Assembly: GCA_051294905.1 (NCBI GenBank)
Contig: CM119371.1
Coordinates: forward strand, 33,978,001 to 34,042,000
Source of the DNA: Botryllus schlosseri
Taxonomy: Eukaryota
Length of the DNA stretch: 64,000 nt
Reading direction: 5' to 3'
Below the pieces are notes generated by a model. The model saw only the letters and a program-made list of their open reading frames with translations, was not told the DNA's origin and made no database searches. Below, in pieces: positions 10,039 to 23,280 of this stretch (position 1 is its first letter; the number at the start of each line of letters is the position of its first letter). The position numbers were made by a program, and so were the translations under genes.

Positions 10039-11392
10039 TAGGGATGGTGTGAACCCCTGAAAGGTTCTGGTTCGTGTGAACGCGAACCTTTTCGAAAGGT
10101 TCTGTGTGAACGCGAGCGTGAACCTCATGACGTCACGTGACGTCATATTGCTAATTTGAACCCTTCATTTCAATTATGTAATTGCCTACATTATGTATAT
10201 GTATTGTACAATGTATGTACTGTACAGTGTACACGATACCTAGCGACGACTCGGGCCACATAATGGCACAGTGCTGAAGTAGGCTACATATTGACGTTTT
10301 AAACGTCGCCAAATGTATCAAATGAGGCAATCAAATGATATATTAATTCCATAAAATCAAGATCTTCCGTCGCTTTGCCAACAATTTCGACGAGGACTTG
10401 CCAGGGAATATAAGCTTACGCCTCAACGGTCTCGGCCAGACCGAACAATGTGTTCGGCGCCTGAGTATTGCTACATGGATATTGAGCAGAGTGTAAAACG
10501 GGTTTCTATACTTGCTACCGATATTACCACACTATCAATAGTGGCGAGATAGCGCAGTGGTATAATCCGCGGATGCAACACCACTGGGTGCGGGTTCGAG
10601 TCCGACCGAGGTCGACTTCCGAATCCGATACCTAAGTGTTGGAGGTTTACCTAGGCTCCTCCTTGCCATCTCATCCGCATCAGCGGTGTCTTACAAAAGC
10701 CTAGAGGTGGGCCGTGCTATAAATCGACAGATACGGAAAATAAGAAGAATATCGGCCTGGTGTAAATGACCATTGACCATAGTAGTCGACAAACACCGTG
10801 AATACCCCAAAACAAACAAACAAAACCACACTATCAAGTTATACAACAGTAGGCAACACCCCAATCGCACGGATTTGGGATTTGGTGTTCATGATACAGT
10901 TTACATATGAAATCACGATTGACCCCGTACGCCTGCTAGATTTTTACATCAGAAAATGATATCAATCTCATTGATTGGTTTAAAGTTTAATAAGCATCAT
11001 TCGCTGACTACATGCAGTGTATTTCGCTCTTGATGTTATGTGATTGCGGGTTAAGCTCACAGCAAAGAGTCACTAAATATTCACTGACGGAAAGCTGGAT
11101 ATTTCGAGCAAACTTTGCAACAACGGAAGTAAAATTTCTCAGATTGTCAAGGTACATATGCTCGTTTAGTCGATAGTCGATTGCTTATGCTGCCAGCGCC
11201 ATGCATAGAGTGGCCCGCAGTTGAAATGCAATAAATTTAAACCAAAGATGCTATAATGAAGGGAAAATTGCAATATATGAAAAAGGTTCACAGTGCAGAA
11301 CCTACCAAGGTTCTGTTGTGAACGCGAACCTCAAAATTTCCGAGGTTCACACACAGAACGCGAACGTGAACCACGCGTTCACACCATCCCTA
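10039..11392. mobile_element. Non-autonomous hAT (Ac-type, TAGGG termini) element containing a SINE
   Basis: TIR TAGGGATGGTGTGAAC...GTTCACACCATCCCTA; perfect TSD GTAAATAC; subterminal GAAC(G/C) repeats. Confidence 0.92.
10539..10824 (+). mobile_element. Full-length tRNA-derived SINE
   Basis: Pol III A box TAGCGCAGTGG and B box GGTTCGAGTCC; (CAAA)n tail; 13-bp TSD ACCACACTATCAA at 10526-10538 and 10825-10837; further copies in the window. Confidence 0.9.
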
Positions 11393-11612
11393 GTAAATAC
11401 ACATTTTTCTCGCTAAGAGCGTACGTGCGTGTTTGTTGTAAATTGTATCAATGCAGACTTTCATTAAAAGGTTGTAATTGTTTTAGAAGTGAGAAGCAAT
11501 GTTGAGTTCCTTATTTACCACTTCTGTTACTACAGAACAAATCGAAACTTTTAAGGTATTTAGCGTGGGTTTGAAAGCTGGTAATGTAAGATTTCCAAAC
11601 CCCATTGAGTAT

Positions 11613-11745
11613 GCGGTGTCGTATAAAATCCTAGAAGTGGGCCGTGTTACAAGTCGATAAATACGGAATCAATATAACGAATATCAGCTTGGTGTAAAAT
11701 GACTAATGTAGTCGCAAAACCATGAATATCAAACAAGCAAACAAG
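11613..11745 (+). mobile_element. 3' fragment of the same SINE
   Basis: gcggtgtc...cctagaagtgggccgtg...ggtgtaaaatgac...aaacaagcaaac matches 10683-10824. Confidence 0.7.
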
Positions 11746-11819
11746 TATGCGGTGCATGTCAAAATGAACCTACCAGTCCCAAATACTACTCCCGAAGAGC
11801 AAGGAAGCCGACCATAATA

Positions 11820-13438
11820 TTTTCCTTGACTCGACTTGAGTCATTTCGTGTATTGACTCGACTTGTACTGGAATCATTACGCAAGTCGACCAAGTTTTAT
11901 AACTCGACACCAGAGGTGGTCAGTAACGAAGTACTTCTACTTTATGGAAGTACTCAATTAGTTTTCCTCTACTTCTACTACGTAATATTTTGTGATCTAC
12001 TTACTTACTTTTCGAAAGATAGCCTGAGGAATTTCGGGGCTGTTTTCACGGAGTACCAACATTTAATATTCATAAAAGTAGTTATGAAGTGACAAATACA
12101 TTTTTACGAAAGTATCAGTGAATATAATTTAGGTAGCGGATTGCTTGGTTCCGTTCACACCGCATTGTCGCCCATATCAAATATTTCATCACAGTAAATA
12201 TGGCCCACCATAACGTTTTAAATTGTCGTTTCGCAATCTAGCAATTACCTATCATTACCTAGCAGCCCATGACGTGTCCTGCTAATCTGGGAAATCCGGC
12301 CTTTTTGAACGTGACACCTGTTTAGCAGATCAACTTTGAAGCTTTATGGACATGAAATGACATGAAATATATTTTCCGCTTTTTAGAAGTGGAATTTGTA
12401 TTTCACTTTCAATTCCTAGTATCATACTTTGAGTTCTAATTACTTTCAGTTCTTTTGTCCGCAGAACATATATGTTGAAGCATAAAACAAGTGTAGTAAT
12501 GCTTCCATTTTCCGAAAATATAGCTACACTACATATAAATTTTACGATCCACAATATTTGTTATTAAAGTATAATAATCGCGCAAAGTGTTGAAACCGTA
12601 TCCGATACAACTTATCCGTATTGCTCTTCGCCTGAACTTGCGGCCTTATAATATGGGGTAGGGTGCCATGCCATGATATTCTCTAAAACGAGGTATTCTA
12701 GTACACAAAGGGTTGGCATCGCATTTTCATATTATTACTATAATTTGCATCCCATATGATGCGAAAGACTGCTTATCCTGTCGATAATTGATACCTCCTG
12801 GGATGCATCAATACGAATCAAGCTCTCAGCACCTTCAGCATAGCTCAATCTGCAGCGTTTGACAGTCCATGTGAACGAATTAAGACTGTTTTCAAAACTA
12901 CTTACTTACTTTTACTTACTTGAGTAGATTTAAAGTCAGTCAATTCTACTTCTACTCCAAGTAGTTTTAGGTAGCTTATGGAAGAAGTACGTCTACTCGT
13001 ACTTGGGTGGATTTTTTCGTGACTACTTCTACTTCTACTTGAGTAGTTTCCTTGACTACTTTGACCACCTCTGCTCGACACACTTACTCAAGTCTCGTAT
13101 GTCAGGACCTATAATTGAAAATAGACCAGAAACTGTCTTTTATCTGTTTTAATACACGTGTTTAGGGTGAGAAAAAGAGTATATTATGAAGTCGAGGCCT
13201 TCGATAGCACCCAAGAGTTTAAGAAGTGAGTTGAAGTTCGATACTGAACAATGAACACTTTGGCTTGGACTCGGACTCGAGTCTTAATGCTACGACTCAG
13301 ACTCAAATCCGTTGCTTCATGACTTGAACTCGGAGTTGACTCGATCGTCAATAGAACATGATTCAACTTGACTCTAGTCAAAACTATAACAGTTAAATTG
13401 ACTTGTGACTCGTAACCTTGGTGACTTGGTTGCAACCC
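11820..13438 (-). mobile_element. GACTCGAGTC-rich non-autonomous DNA element interrupted by the 11911-13073 element
   Basis: Ends in GTGACTTGGTTGCAACCC, the reverse complement of the start of the 59365-59904 element; many GACTC/GAGTC repeats. Confidence 0.7.
11911..13073. mobile_element. Non-autonomous hAT element with CTACTT/AAGTA subterminal repeats
   Basis: TIR CAGAGGTGGTCA...TGACCACCTCTG; perfect TSD CTCGACAC; second copy at 27745-29031. Confidence 0.92.
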
Positions 13439-13505
13439 GGCAATTTTGACAAGTCGGAACTATATAGCTGGCGTGTCTGTCTTATATTTTATGGTGATTG
13501 GTCAG

Positions 13506-13641
13506 GTATCTGAAAAAATGGGACGGACAGGAGGAACGGCCGCTTCGAGAGTTCGCTGTACTCAATACGACTTACGGAGAGATCGCAAGACTGGTTTTAT
13601 GGGGAGACCCTAAACCTCGTAACGTGACGGAATGGCTTTGA
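13506..13641 (+). CDS. GT32 paralog A terminal coding exon
   Basis: ggtcag|YLKKWDGQEERPLREFAVLNTTYGEIARLVLWGDPKPRNVTEWL*, phase 2. Same length and stop position as 39557-39692. Confidence 0.88.
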
Positions 13642-14102
13642 AGGGCGTGTCGAGGGTGATCGAGGTAAAGTTATTTTCAGAGGTGCTCGAAGCTATCATT
13701 ATTGTTAGTCAAGTAAAGAAGGCCTAATGCTTTCCATTATATGTCGAAACCATACTTCGACTGGAAGTACAAAATATAGGTTTGAAACTGCTCAAGTAAG
13801 AAATTTCACATTATAAATGCGGTCGAGGGGTCCATACTTTTATCAGTTAAACGGACATGTCTACTTGAACTTGCGGGGTGTATCTTTGCGACTAACGCAA
13901 GATGATTGGTGACACTACAAATAGGCCCTATTTTCGAAAATGAATGGAACAGGGGCTAATCGGCCCAGTTTACCCACCAATTTACCTCATAAAAGCGATG
14001 CAGGCATACCCCTAACTTTTCTTTATACTTTACAAATTCCAAATTGTAAAGTGAGTGGTTTTCCTTAACAAATATTGAGGAAGTTGGAAGAAGAGCAAAT
14101 AG

Positions 14103-16143
14103 TAGGGTTGGTGTGTGTAAACGTGGGGTTCACGTTCGCGTTCTCTGTGTGAACCTCGGACATTTAGAGGTACACTTTCACAAACGTATCTTGTAAGGTT
14201 CTGCACAGGGATATCTAGTTCTAGATATCCCTGGTTCTGCACTGTAAACCTTTTTCATATACTACAATTCTTCACCTCATTATAACATCTTTGGTTAAAT
14301 TTCTTTGCATTTCAACTATGGGACCACTCTATGCATGGCGCTAGCAACATGAAAAAAATCAACATTAAACGACCATGCACCTTGCCAATCTAAAAAAGTG
14401 ACTTGCTTTGTTGCAAAAGTTGGCTCGAAATATTCAGCTTTCTGTTCGTCATTATTTAGTAATTCTCTGTTGTGAGATTGACCAGCAATCACACATCAAG
14501 AATGAAATAAACAACATGTAGATATCAGCGAATGATGCTTATTCAACCAATCAATGCAATTTCTATAAAGAATACATCGTTGATGGATTGTCCGACACTA
14601 GAACAACGCAGACAGATACTAAGAAACAGTGTACATCGAAAGAGAATACCATTCGACTTGGAAAACTTATTGACAGACACCAATATATTACAACACGGAA
14701 TCGACTTTGTAGCATCATCGGGACGCCGTATATAAATATTAACATTTGACTTCTGACTGAGAGTATCATGTACTGAATGTGCAAGTTAACTTGTGTTAGT
14801 GATGGAGTTAGTTGTCACGTGGTGCAAAAAACCACGCTGTTATAAGCATCATTACTTGATTTTATTATTAAATCATATTATTAATGTAAAAAATCTAGGA
14901 GGCGTACGGGATCCATCTTGATTTGATATGTTTATTGTATCATAAAACCCAAATCCGTGCGATTGGGGTGTTGCCTATGTAACTTGTTTTGGGTTAGTAT
15001 CGGTAGCAAGTATAGAAACCCGTTTACACTCATCTGCTCAATATCAATGTAGCAATATTCAGCCTTCGAATATATTGTCCGGTCAGATCTGGACCGTTAA
15101 GGCGTAAGCTTATATTCCCTTGCAAGTACTCGTCGAAATTGTTGGCAAAGCGACGGAAGATATTATTAGTATGGGATTATTGTAGCATTTGATTGCCCTA
15201 GTTCAGGGGTGGGCAAACGTTTGAGCTCGCGGGCCGCATTCAACATCTGAATCCATTCGCGGGCCGAACTGTATAAAATTTGGATTATAAACCCAAACGC
15301 AATATTGATTTGATGTATGTATTGATGTATGTATTGATGTATTGATGTATGTATTGATGATGTATTGATGATGTATTGATGATGTATTGATGATGTATTG
15401 ATGTATGTATTGATTGTATTTGATGATATAGTGAGGACATGGAGATGATATATATGCTTATTTAAAACAATCCAAACATTGCTTTGATGATATCGTACAG
15501 AAACAGTGGCGAGATTTCACAGGCTGGTCGACCTCAAAAACCAATTAGTCAAAACTATAGAGATGAAAGTCAGAGAAGAAATACAGAGCAATAATAATGA
15601 ATGAAATGCAGATCGCGCCGAGCGCGAAAATTTTTTTTCGGTTGAGCTCAGCTTCGCACCCTCTTCAGATGCTTTCACGTCCCCAAGGGAAGGAGGGGGG
15701 TGCGCCCCAGTTAGAGAACCACTGCCTTAGAATTATCATGGTGAAATATACCAAGAAAAAGTTTAATCAAGTCCCAGCATTAATTCGATTTTATCGTCCC
15801 ATCATTTTATCAATACTTTTAATAAGTTTCTTTAGACTCTCGCGGGCCGCACAGAACGGTGTCGAGGGCCGCATGCGGCCCGCAGGCCGTAGTTTGCCCA
15901 CCCATGCTCTAGTTGATACATTTGGTGATGTTTAAAAAGTCGGCATGTACTTCACCATTGTGGCATAATGTGGCATGAGTCGTCGCTAGGTATCTCGTAT
16001 GTCACTTCACTGAAATATAGGGTTGGAATTAGCAATATGACGTCACGTGACGTCATAGGTTCACGTTTGCGTTCACACAGAACCCTTCAAAAAGTTTCAT
16101 GTCCACGCGAACCTGAGCCCTTCAGGGGCTCACAAAATATCTA
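14103..16143. mobile_element. Older inverted copy of the 10039-11392 hAT element, with nested MITE
   Basis: Reverse-complement similarity along its length (e.g. 15101 ggcgtaagcttatattccc vs 10404-10422); eroded TIRs. Confidence 0.85.
15204..15906. mobile_element. hAT MITE (CAGGGGTGGGCAAAC termini) containing a (GATGTATT)-type microsatellite
   Basis: TIRs with GCGGGCCGC subterminal motifs; TSD CCCTAGTT/CTCTAGTT; repeat at about 15305-15425; relative at 46247-46938. Confidence 0.85.
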
Positions 16144-16369
16144 ATAAATAGTTTAAAGGCATTACCACTCGATCGCGCAGTGCAAAACCTACATAGTTGA
16201 ATACGCTGAAAAAGTAGAAGTGGCCTACTTCGTTATTGACCACCTCTGTTTATATTGTTATTAGATTCTATGACTAATAAAATGTTTCTTATTCAATCTA
16301 CAGCATGAAAACCCCGTGTGCTTACACGGTTATGTACGGTTGAGAAGAAGAGGAAAGGCTGCATTAAAT

Positions 16370-16568
16370 CACATATTGCGCTAAATCTCTCTCGTATTTC
16401 GAATATGAAATTTCACTCTTTGTGAGGTCATCAGGCGGAAATGATGTTACGTATTGCACTATATCTTTCTGGTGTTTTGAATATAAAATTTTACTCTCTG
16501 TGAGGTCATCAGACGGAAATGATGTACATATTGCACTATATCTCTCTCGTATTTTGAATATGAAATTG
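16370..16568 (+). repeat. Tandem repeat, unit about 78 bp, with a further unit at about 17810-17880 beyond an inserted element
   Basis: catattgc(g/a)cta...tcgtattttgaatatgaaatt...tgtgaggtcatcag recurs at about 16372, 16450, 16527 and 17813. Confidence 0.8.
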
Positions 16569-17787
16569 CAGACCTGTACAAACTATATTGGATTTTCAAA
16601 AAGCGCAACTAGAACTAGAACTAAAACTACTCACTTTTTGTATCTCGCAACTATAACTAAAACTAGAACGACTCATTTTCAAAATCCGAAACTAGAACTA
16701 GAGCTAGAACTACTCACTTTTCAAACCCCGCAACTAGAACTAGAACTAACGACCTTTAAAATTCTGCAACTAACTAAAACACAATTATAGTTAAATGTGC
16801 AATGTGGTGAATTTTTTTGCGACTTCCTGAAATTTAGGGGCTCCCCGAAGTGTTGCAGATTAGCGTTGATCACAACTGGACATTTTACGGCCCGCAGGCC
16901 AAATTATGACCGGGAATAGCTGCTTATAATTTTGAACTATTATACATTTGAATGCGTACTAAAACCATTGGCTGAATAAGTTGAACCGAAAATGGGTTTA
17001 CCTTTAAGGCTGTTTAGTGTTTATTCATGTAATGTGGACACGTAGCCTACGTTGGCCGTATGCACATACTTATAACATGGGTTAATTTAAGTCCGAATTC
17101 TGATATAGACACGCAGTCACTCAGCTGAGATGCGAGAAGAAGAATTTCGGAAAACCTGCCTGCGATTATAAATTTCTACACCGCAGAATATAGTGCCATA
17201 TTTGGCTTGGCCTGCCAATGTATTCCTTGCTTTTCATTCTCAGAAAAATAATTGCCAACCTCTGGCGTAGGGGTTCCCAAGTCCTTAGAAGTTAAGAACC
17301 GCACTGAACTAGATTTCATTCTCCTGGAAAACACAGCAATATAATTTTATCAGACATAGAATCGATACTTCAAAAGGATGGGGTTCCTAGTCTAGAATGG
17401 GAGAGATTTCGACCCAAATATCCAACCGCTGGCTACGTCACTGTTAGTTGTGATGGCTGTGATCTAGCAATGACTGCACATTGCACAAACCTCATTCAAC
17501 AGAACACCGGTATTTCGATTCACGCAAAATGACGACAAGTGCTTTCTAGTTGTTCGGCAACTAATAATATTTTTAAATGTACAAATATAACTAGAACTAA
17601 AAGTGTTGAATTTTCAAAATATCCAACTACAACTAGAACTACTCCCTTTTCAATATCCGCAACTAGAACTAGAACTACTCCATTGTCCAAATCCGCAACT
17701 AGAACTAGAACTAGAGCTATTCAAAAAACCGTTAGTTAGTTGACCATCAACTAGCTAAATTGGTGGTTCGTACATTGTACAAATCTA
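16569..17787. mobile_element. Non-autonomous DNA element with (AACTAG)n subterminal arrays
   Basis: Imperfect TIR CAGACCTGTACAA...TTGTACAAATCTA; AACTAGAACTAG arrays at 16605-16780 and 17555-17720; it interrupts the tandem repeat. Confidence 0.7.
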
Positions 17788-18719
17788 GTAATAAGGCGAT
17801 ATTTATGTTTCATATATTGCGCTATATTTCTCTCGTATTTTGAATACGAAATAGTTCTATTTGTGATGTCATAATGAGGAATACCTATTGCTGTTGGGTA
17901 GGGTCACCATATGTTCTGTTGGACAGACCACTATAATCATTCCTACTATAGCTGACGGTAATCCCTAGTAATTTGTAGCGCACGCTCCGCGCTCACGCGA
18001 GCCCCTGATTTCTTGAATGATTACCTTCAACGTGCGATCTTCATCTTCTAGTTACGAACTGCTTGCTGGCAGTCGACTTTTAGGATTCGTGCTACTATCA
18101 TCGTCGCTGATTTTAGATGTTTTAAATACAAGAAATATGCGAGCGTCTTGACTTGGTCGATTAGGAGTCCGCGGACCTTAGGGAACGCGCCAAGATCACC
18201 GCGCGCTATAGAGTGTCGAATAAATATCAATATATCATTCAGCTGTATGATGATGTTCTGTACTCTTATGCACTTATTGGCACATGCGTTGACGTTTTGT
18301 CAAAATCGTGCCTTATGTACTAGCTTGGCGAAGGTAACAATGGAGAATTTTTTAGTATCTCACTGCTGTATAAACTTCTAAATGATAAATTGATTCCACA
18401 ATGAGATATCTGCTTTTACTTTAATCGGCACATCAGTTGACAAAATGTCAACAACCAGAAACAATGGAAGCTTGGACTTGAAAGTCACTACGTAGTAAAA
18501 AGCCATGATCACAAAGTGAAAACCATAGTACCATGCGGAAATTTTCATGTGTATTCAGCGAATCACTATCTGAACAGGAGTTGCATTATCAGTACATATG
18601 CGTCGGAAGATAATGATTTCTAAGCAGTTGTGTTGAAAAAGTTTTCCTGAGATCTAACTATTGATTTTACAATATACTTGGCATGAGACGCTAGCTATTT
18701 TGAATGCAAAGGCCGTGTC

Positions 18720-19335
18720 TGTAATTATCCTTCAGATAGTACGTGAAACGAACAGAAACGCAAAGGACGTGAGACACGAATGTAAACTGATGCCTAATTC
18801 TGTACACAAAAACTTGACAATTTAAGAAGGTGAGGCAGGTCTAGCAATCATGATACGTGCTGGCTTGAACAGAGATAACTTCACTGATTTAGGTGGATAC
18901 TGGCCCTTAATAGTAGGCGACGCCCTTTTATAGAGTGCCTATGACACTGAATCGATTCCAATTTCTGCTATACGATGGATGCGTTTTGATAACTATCACA
19001 ATCGACCAGAAAGACAACGAAATGACAGGTTAGCTGCCATTCGAGAGGTATGTGAAGCATTCAATAATAATCTGCGCAATGTCTACATCCCTGAAGAAGC
19101 ATTGACTGTAGATGAACAGTTAGTCGGATGTCAAGGCCCTATCTACTTACCGTACAGCTTGCTCAATGCTCAGTCTTATGTAAACAAAATAAAAATTGTC
19201 AGGAGAAACTTAACTTCTTGCCGAAAAGTTGAGGCTCATCGATGCTACTACTTCAAGCAATTTCCATCGCACAGTTCAGGGTATCAAACGAGGAGGATGC
19301 TACAGGTGTGTAAAACATACTCGTTTTGCATGTGA
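18720..19335 (+). pseudogene. piggyBac (PGBD4-like) transposase remnant
   Basis: Frameshifted segments ETNRNA, GLAIMIRAG, MTLNRFQFLL and RFDN...RNDRLAAIREVCEAFNNNLRNVYIPEEALTVDEQLV. Most of the downstream catalytic domain is missing. Confidence 0.85.
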
Positions 19336-20098
19336 CACTTGCCTCCGACGGGTTTGACCAAGACACAGTAAATTTCAGAAGAACGAATATTGCTTGAAAT
19401 ACTGAAAAATTTGCTGCAGTGATCTGTTTCGTTGTACTTGTGTTTGAAATATACCTAGCAAAATATCGCTTATTGAGGTGTGCTTAATAATACTTTCAGA
19501 ACTACTTTCATTGCAGTAGAATTTATAAACTTGAGGACTGTTCGTGTTATCAAGAGTTAACATCACAATAAGCAACATATAGAAAGAGATTCAAGCAAAA
19601 CCCAAATTGGAAAATTATGACGTAGGCCTAACCATGAAAAAATGAACGCTAGGTAAAGTGAAGTGTGCCGGTAGTCATAACAAAGAGACAAGAGAAAATC
19701 AAATTATACATTACACAGACAATTTGCGGAAAAATGGAATATGTTATAATTGTATAGATTATAGAAACTCCTTCTGCTTCTTATTGCGCCATTAACTCTT
19801 GATAAGGGCCACACGAAATATCTCCGAGTTAATACATTCGACTACAATGAATTTAGTTCTGAAAGCAATAGTCAAGTTTAGTACGGCCAGTCACATATTT
19901 AAGGTATCTCTACATTTTATCTGAGAGCTATCAAGGTGACTAACATTTAAAAGCGGTATTTTGCTAATCACGCATCTCGGCCGAAGCCTAGTTCTCAAAT
20001 CTGAATTTGACGAATCCGGACCGGGATGGCGCTCATGCGCTTTCGGTTTCAAAATCCATGTTCTCCGTAACGCTGTTGTTGGTTTGGTCCAAAAGTGC

Positions 20099-20100
<2 letters not shown>

Positions 20101-20138
<38 letters not shown>

Positions 20139-20388
20139 AAGAGAGACGATATTATTTTTCGCCTGCACCATCGAGATGCTTTGACGACGGAGTTGCGATA
20201 CGGCCGTGAGGTCATCTAGTCTGGGCCCCCATTTTTTCTCCTCCATGCCATCCGTGATTGCGGATCGCCTGGCAGGATAGCTGCGGATACCAATTTTCGA
20301 GTCTTTGGTATGACCCAGCCTTGGATCGAACTCACGACCTACTGATCGAGAAGCCGGACGCATAATCATTACACTATCTCGCTCGGCC
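20101..20388 (-). mobile_element. tRNA-derived SINE with Meta-domain-like core and (CT)n tail
   Basis: Minus strand: A-box-like TAGTGTAATG, B box GAGTTCGATCC, then GGGTCATACCAAAGACTCGAAAATTGGTATCCGCAGCTATCCTGCCAGGCG resembling the MetaSINE core as I recall it. The tail is the GA run at 20101-20146. Confidence 0.75.
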
Positions 20389-21115
20389 CAAGGTATTTTA
20401 TATAATTAGGCCTACATATTCCGGAATCATATCGTAATTGAAAGAAAAAATGAAAATATTGACATTTTTCGTAGATTTTCGATTTGTTCAAGCTAAAACA
20501 GACCTCCTAATTATGATCAATGATCGTTTCCTAAGGTTTTATCAATATAAGATCCCCTAAAATAACAAATTCAATATGAGACCAGCGTCTTTGCATTGAA
20601 AAACACAAGGAAATGCCAGGTCGACAATTTGTCAACGTGTGTGCCGACTAAGTCACTTAAAATCACTGTGCTGATTTATACATTCTTACAAGGCTATATG
20701 AATTACGGAATATAGTGCTAAGAATACAACAACCATCAACAATCTGTGTAGTAGTCCAGACACCTCGCTTTTCAGGGCTCGCATTCGCCCTCTGGCGATC
20801 AAGTTTGAGCGACCTTTGATTTCGAAAAGTAGTCTGCAACTACCATCACTGTGTTTACATTGTACAATGTACAGTATAACTTTACACGTTAATCGAATAT
20901 GAAAGTTCAGTAACCCTACGGTGTACAAAATAGGTTGCCTTTGTGTTCCGGTTTTGTTGTTGTTATGAGTTCAGCCCGCACTATCAATGCCTTCAAAATT
21001 ACGTTTGAGATAATGCTCTTGTTTAAACCGAGTAGCCTACTCAACTCACTATATCTACCCGATTCCCTGAAACTCGACCTGCTAATTAGGGACACGAGCT
21101 TATGTAACCCTAGAT

Positions 21116-22583
21116 CAGTGGTTCCCAACCCTTTTGTCTTCATTTCCCACTTCAGAATTATTCCGAGCCTTCATTCCCAACCAGGACCGTAATAGCACTT
21201 CGTCAGCCCTCCCCCCCAAAAAAAAACGATGGTCTTGGGCCCCACACAGGGAAATAAATCCAAATTCGCCGCCAAGAACCCCCTCAGCCTCCCAGAGCTT
21301 GTACGCTTTTTTTCCCCGCTACTTATCAGCTACATTGGGTCTACTGTTCAGTGCGTCGCCTAATTTCGACGCGCGAAGCGCGAACAAGGTAAATAATTCA
21401 TGTTTGAGTCGGACAATATGATCGGGAATTGCATATATATTGCTATCAACATTTCATACCTCTCTGTTCACGTAATCAGATTTAACTGCAGAGCTGAATG
21501 AGGTGTGTTGAAAAGGTAGGACCCCTAAATAAGTATTAAACATCTTCGAGCGGACCCGTTGATATATTGACTTCCTTACATTATGCTATTTAGTGACCTC
21601 CTATATCTGCTGCGTAAAAAGATATGGAAATCGAGAAAACTAAAAGGCACACACGATTTCAAATTGGTATTGCTTTACTGGCAAATAATTTTTTCTGCGG
21701 GATGGCATTTGTCCTGTGGGGTTCAGATTGCCAGGACAGGAACATTCGGCGCCAGCCATTAGCCGCCTATGGACTATTAAACATATGCGTATGTATATAT
21801 ATCGAAGTTATCGGTCTCCACAAGGGCATTTCTTCTCGGCCAGGGTCTTCTCGCTGCTGATCGTTCTGCCATACTTCTCGGATTGGCATATTAGATGGCC
21901 TATAACTTTATATGTCTTGGCGCGTCGTGGCGCAGTAATGGCCGACGCCGAAGTCTCCATTCCTATAAATTCTACGTATTTTTGTTGGGGAAGGGTACCC
22001 AACAATCAAGATATTCGGCAATATTAAATCCCGCCAGCGCGAAAATATTTTGAAAAAGTGGCATAAATTTCCAAAAAATACTCTATAATTTATGTTAATT
22101 CACGTAATAATTTTTGGCCCCTTCGAGGTCCCCCCCCAATGGGGGTTTGGGGTGCGGCAGTTACGGTCCTGTTCCCCACTACCCAACACTATCGTCATCA
22201 CAGAGCAGCTATTTGCTGGTTTGACTACACATGACACACAACCACACCAGTACGCAAGGCAATCGCCTATAACTGCAACATAAAACGTATTGTGAACCGA
22301 TACCAGTAACGCTGAAAACTTCGCGAAAGCGTTATTTCACGTCAAATTAGTCATGCTGAAGGCGTTTGTGACGCCATCATTGGCCATCCAAAGTTAAAAA
22401 TGAGGTCCTGTGAACAACACGCATTATAATTATCGACACATACATTCCAGAGCAGTTAACTGGTAACGGTAATTACGTATGTGTCTCCGTGAATATGTAG
22501 AGTGTAGACTATCCTGTATTTAATTTTGAACAAATGCGTCTATTCCCACCAGTGGGAAATTCCCCACCGTTTGGGAACCACTG
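21116..22583. mobile_element. hAT Charlie/Buster-type MITE with nested element
   Basis: TIR CAGTGGTTCCCAA...TTGGGAACCACTG; perfect TSD CCCTAGAT. Confidence 0.9.
21182..22171. mobile_element. About 1-kb non-autonomous hAT-like element (CAGGACCGTAA termini)
   Basis: TIR CAGGACCGTAA...TTACGGTCCTG; TSD TTCCCAAC/TTCCCCAC; inverted relative at 49662-50617. Confidence 0.85.
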
Positions 22584-22619
22584 CCCTAGATAGTCGACAC
22601 CATTGAAATAGATATAATG

Positions 22620-23280
22620 CAGTGATTTCCAACCGCGGCTCCAATTGAAGTTTGAAAATCCCATAGAATTATTAAAAAATGAATTTGTAACAAAAAACTT
22701 GAATTCATATTAAATAATTACCCTTGCATGGCTTGGAGTCTGGAGTTTATAATTAAGGGTGGAGACCAATTCCTCTGTTGTCGAGCAGCGATTCCCTACT
22801 CAGCAACGATTTCGTTCTCACGCCAAATACTCACACTCAAATGCGTTCGGATCGGCACTCAAATTTAAGACAGCTCACCACCAGACTTAAGTGCAGGTGG
22901 TGTTACAACACATTTTCCAACGGTATCCGACCATCAAACCAATGAATGGATCAATTGATTCATACAACAGGCTTTACAGCAACCTTATTGATGCGTTCAA
23001 CCGCCGCAATGACGGAATAAATGCCACTTTTTGTCAAAATGGTCACAGTCAGAATCAAAAATCAATATTGCAATCGATTGACCGATGACCACCTCAAGCA
23101 GCCACTGCGTACTGCATTATCTGCAATTACGCTTCGCTTTGACACACTTCTTGAAGCTCAAAGCCAATGCCAAGTTGGACATTAAATTGATTTCATGCTT
23201 TATAATTTTTGTTATACCTCCAAACGTACTCTGAAATTTGAAATGCGGCTCCGACTCCGAAAAAAGGTTGGGAACCACTG
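22620..23280 (+). mobile_element. Internally deleted Charlie/Buster hAT with transposase C-terminal remnant
   Basis: TIR CAGTGATTTCCAACC...GGTTGGGAACCACTG; TSD ATATAATG/ATATTGTG; DHLKQPLRTALSAITLRFDTLLEAQSQCQVGH* at about 23087-23185. Confidence 0.75.

Noticed and set aside
10541..10615. tRNA gene
   Set aside because: A and B boxes are present but there is no proper cloverleaf. It is the head of a SINE with body, tail and TSD.
16422..17739. ORFs with TRTRT/LELEL repeats
   Set aside because: Translations of the (AACTAG)n subterminal arrays of a non-autonomous element.
16370..17880. CRISPR-like repeat array
   Set aside because: Units are contiguous degenerate tandem repeats without unique spacers, the context is eukaryotic, and there are no cas genes.
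19985..20100. Actin C-terminus-like peptide (KSEFDESGPG)
   Set aside because: Only about 10 residues, with no other actin sequence or exon context; likely chance or an unidentifiable fragment.
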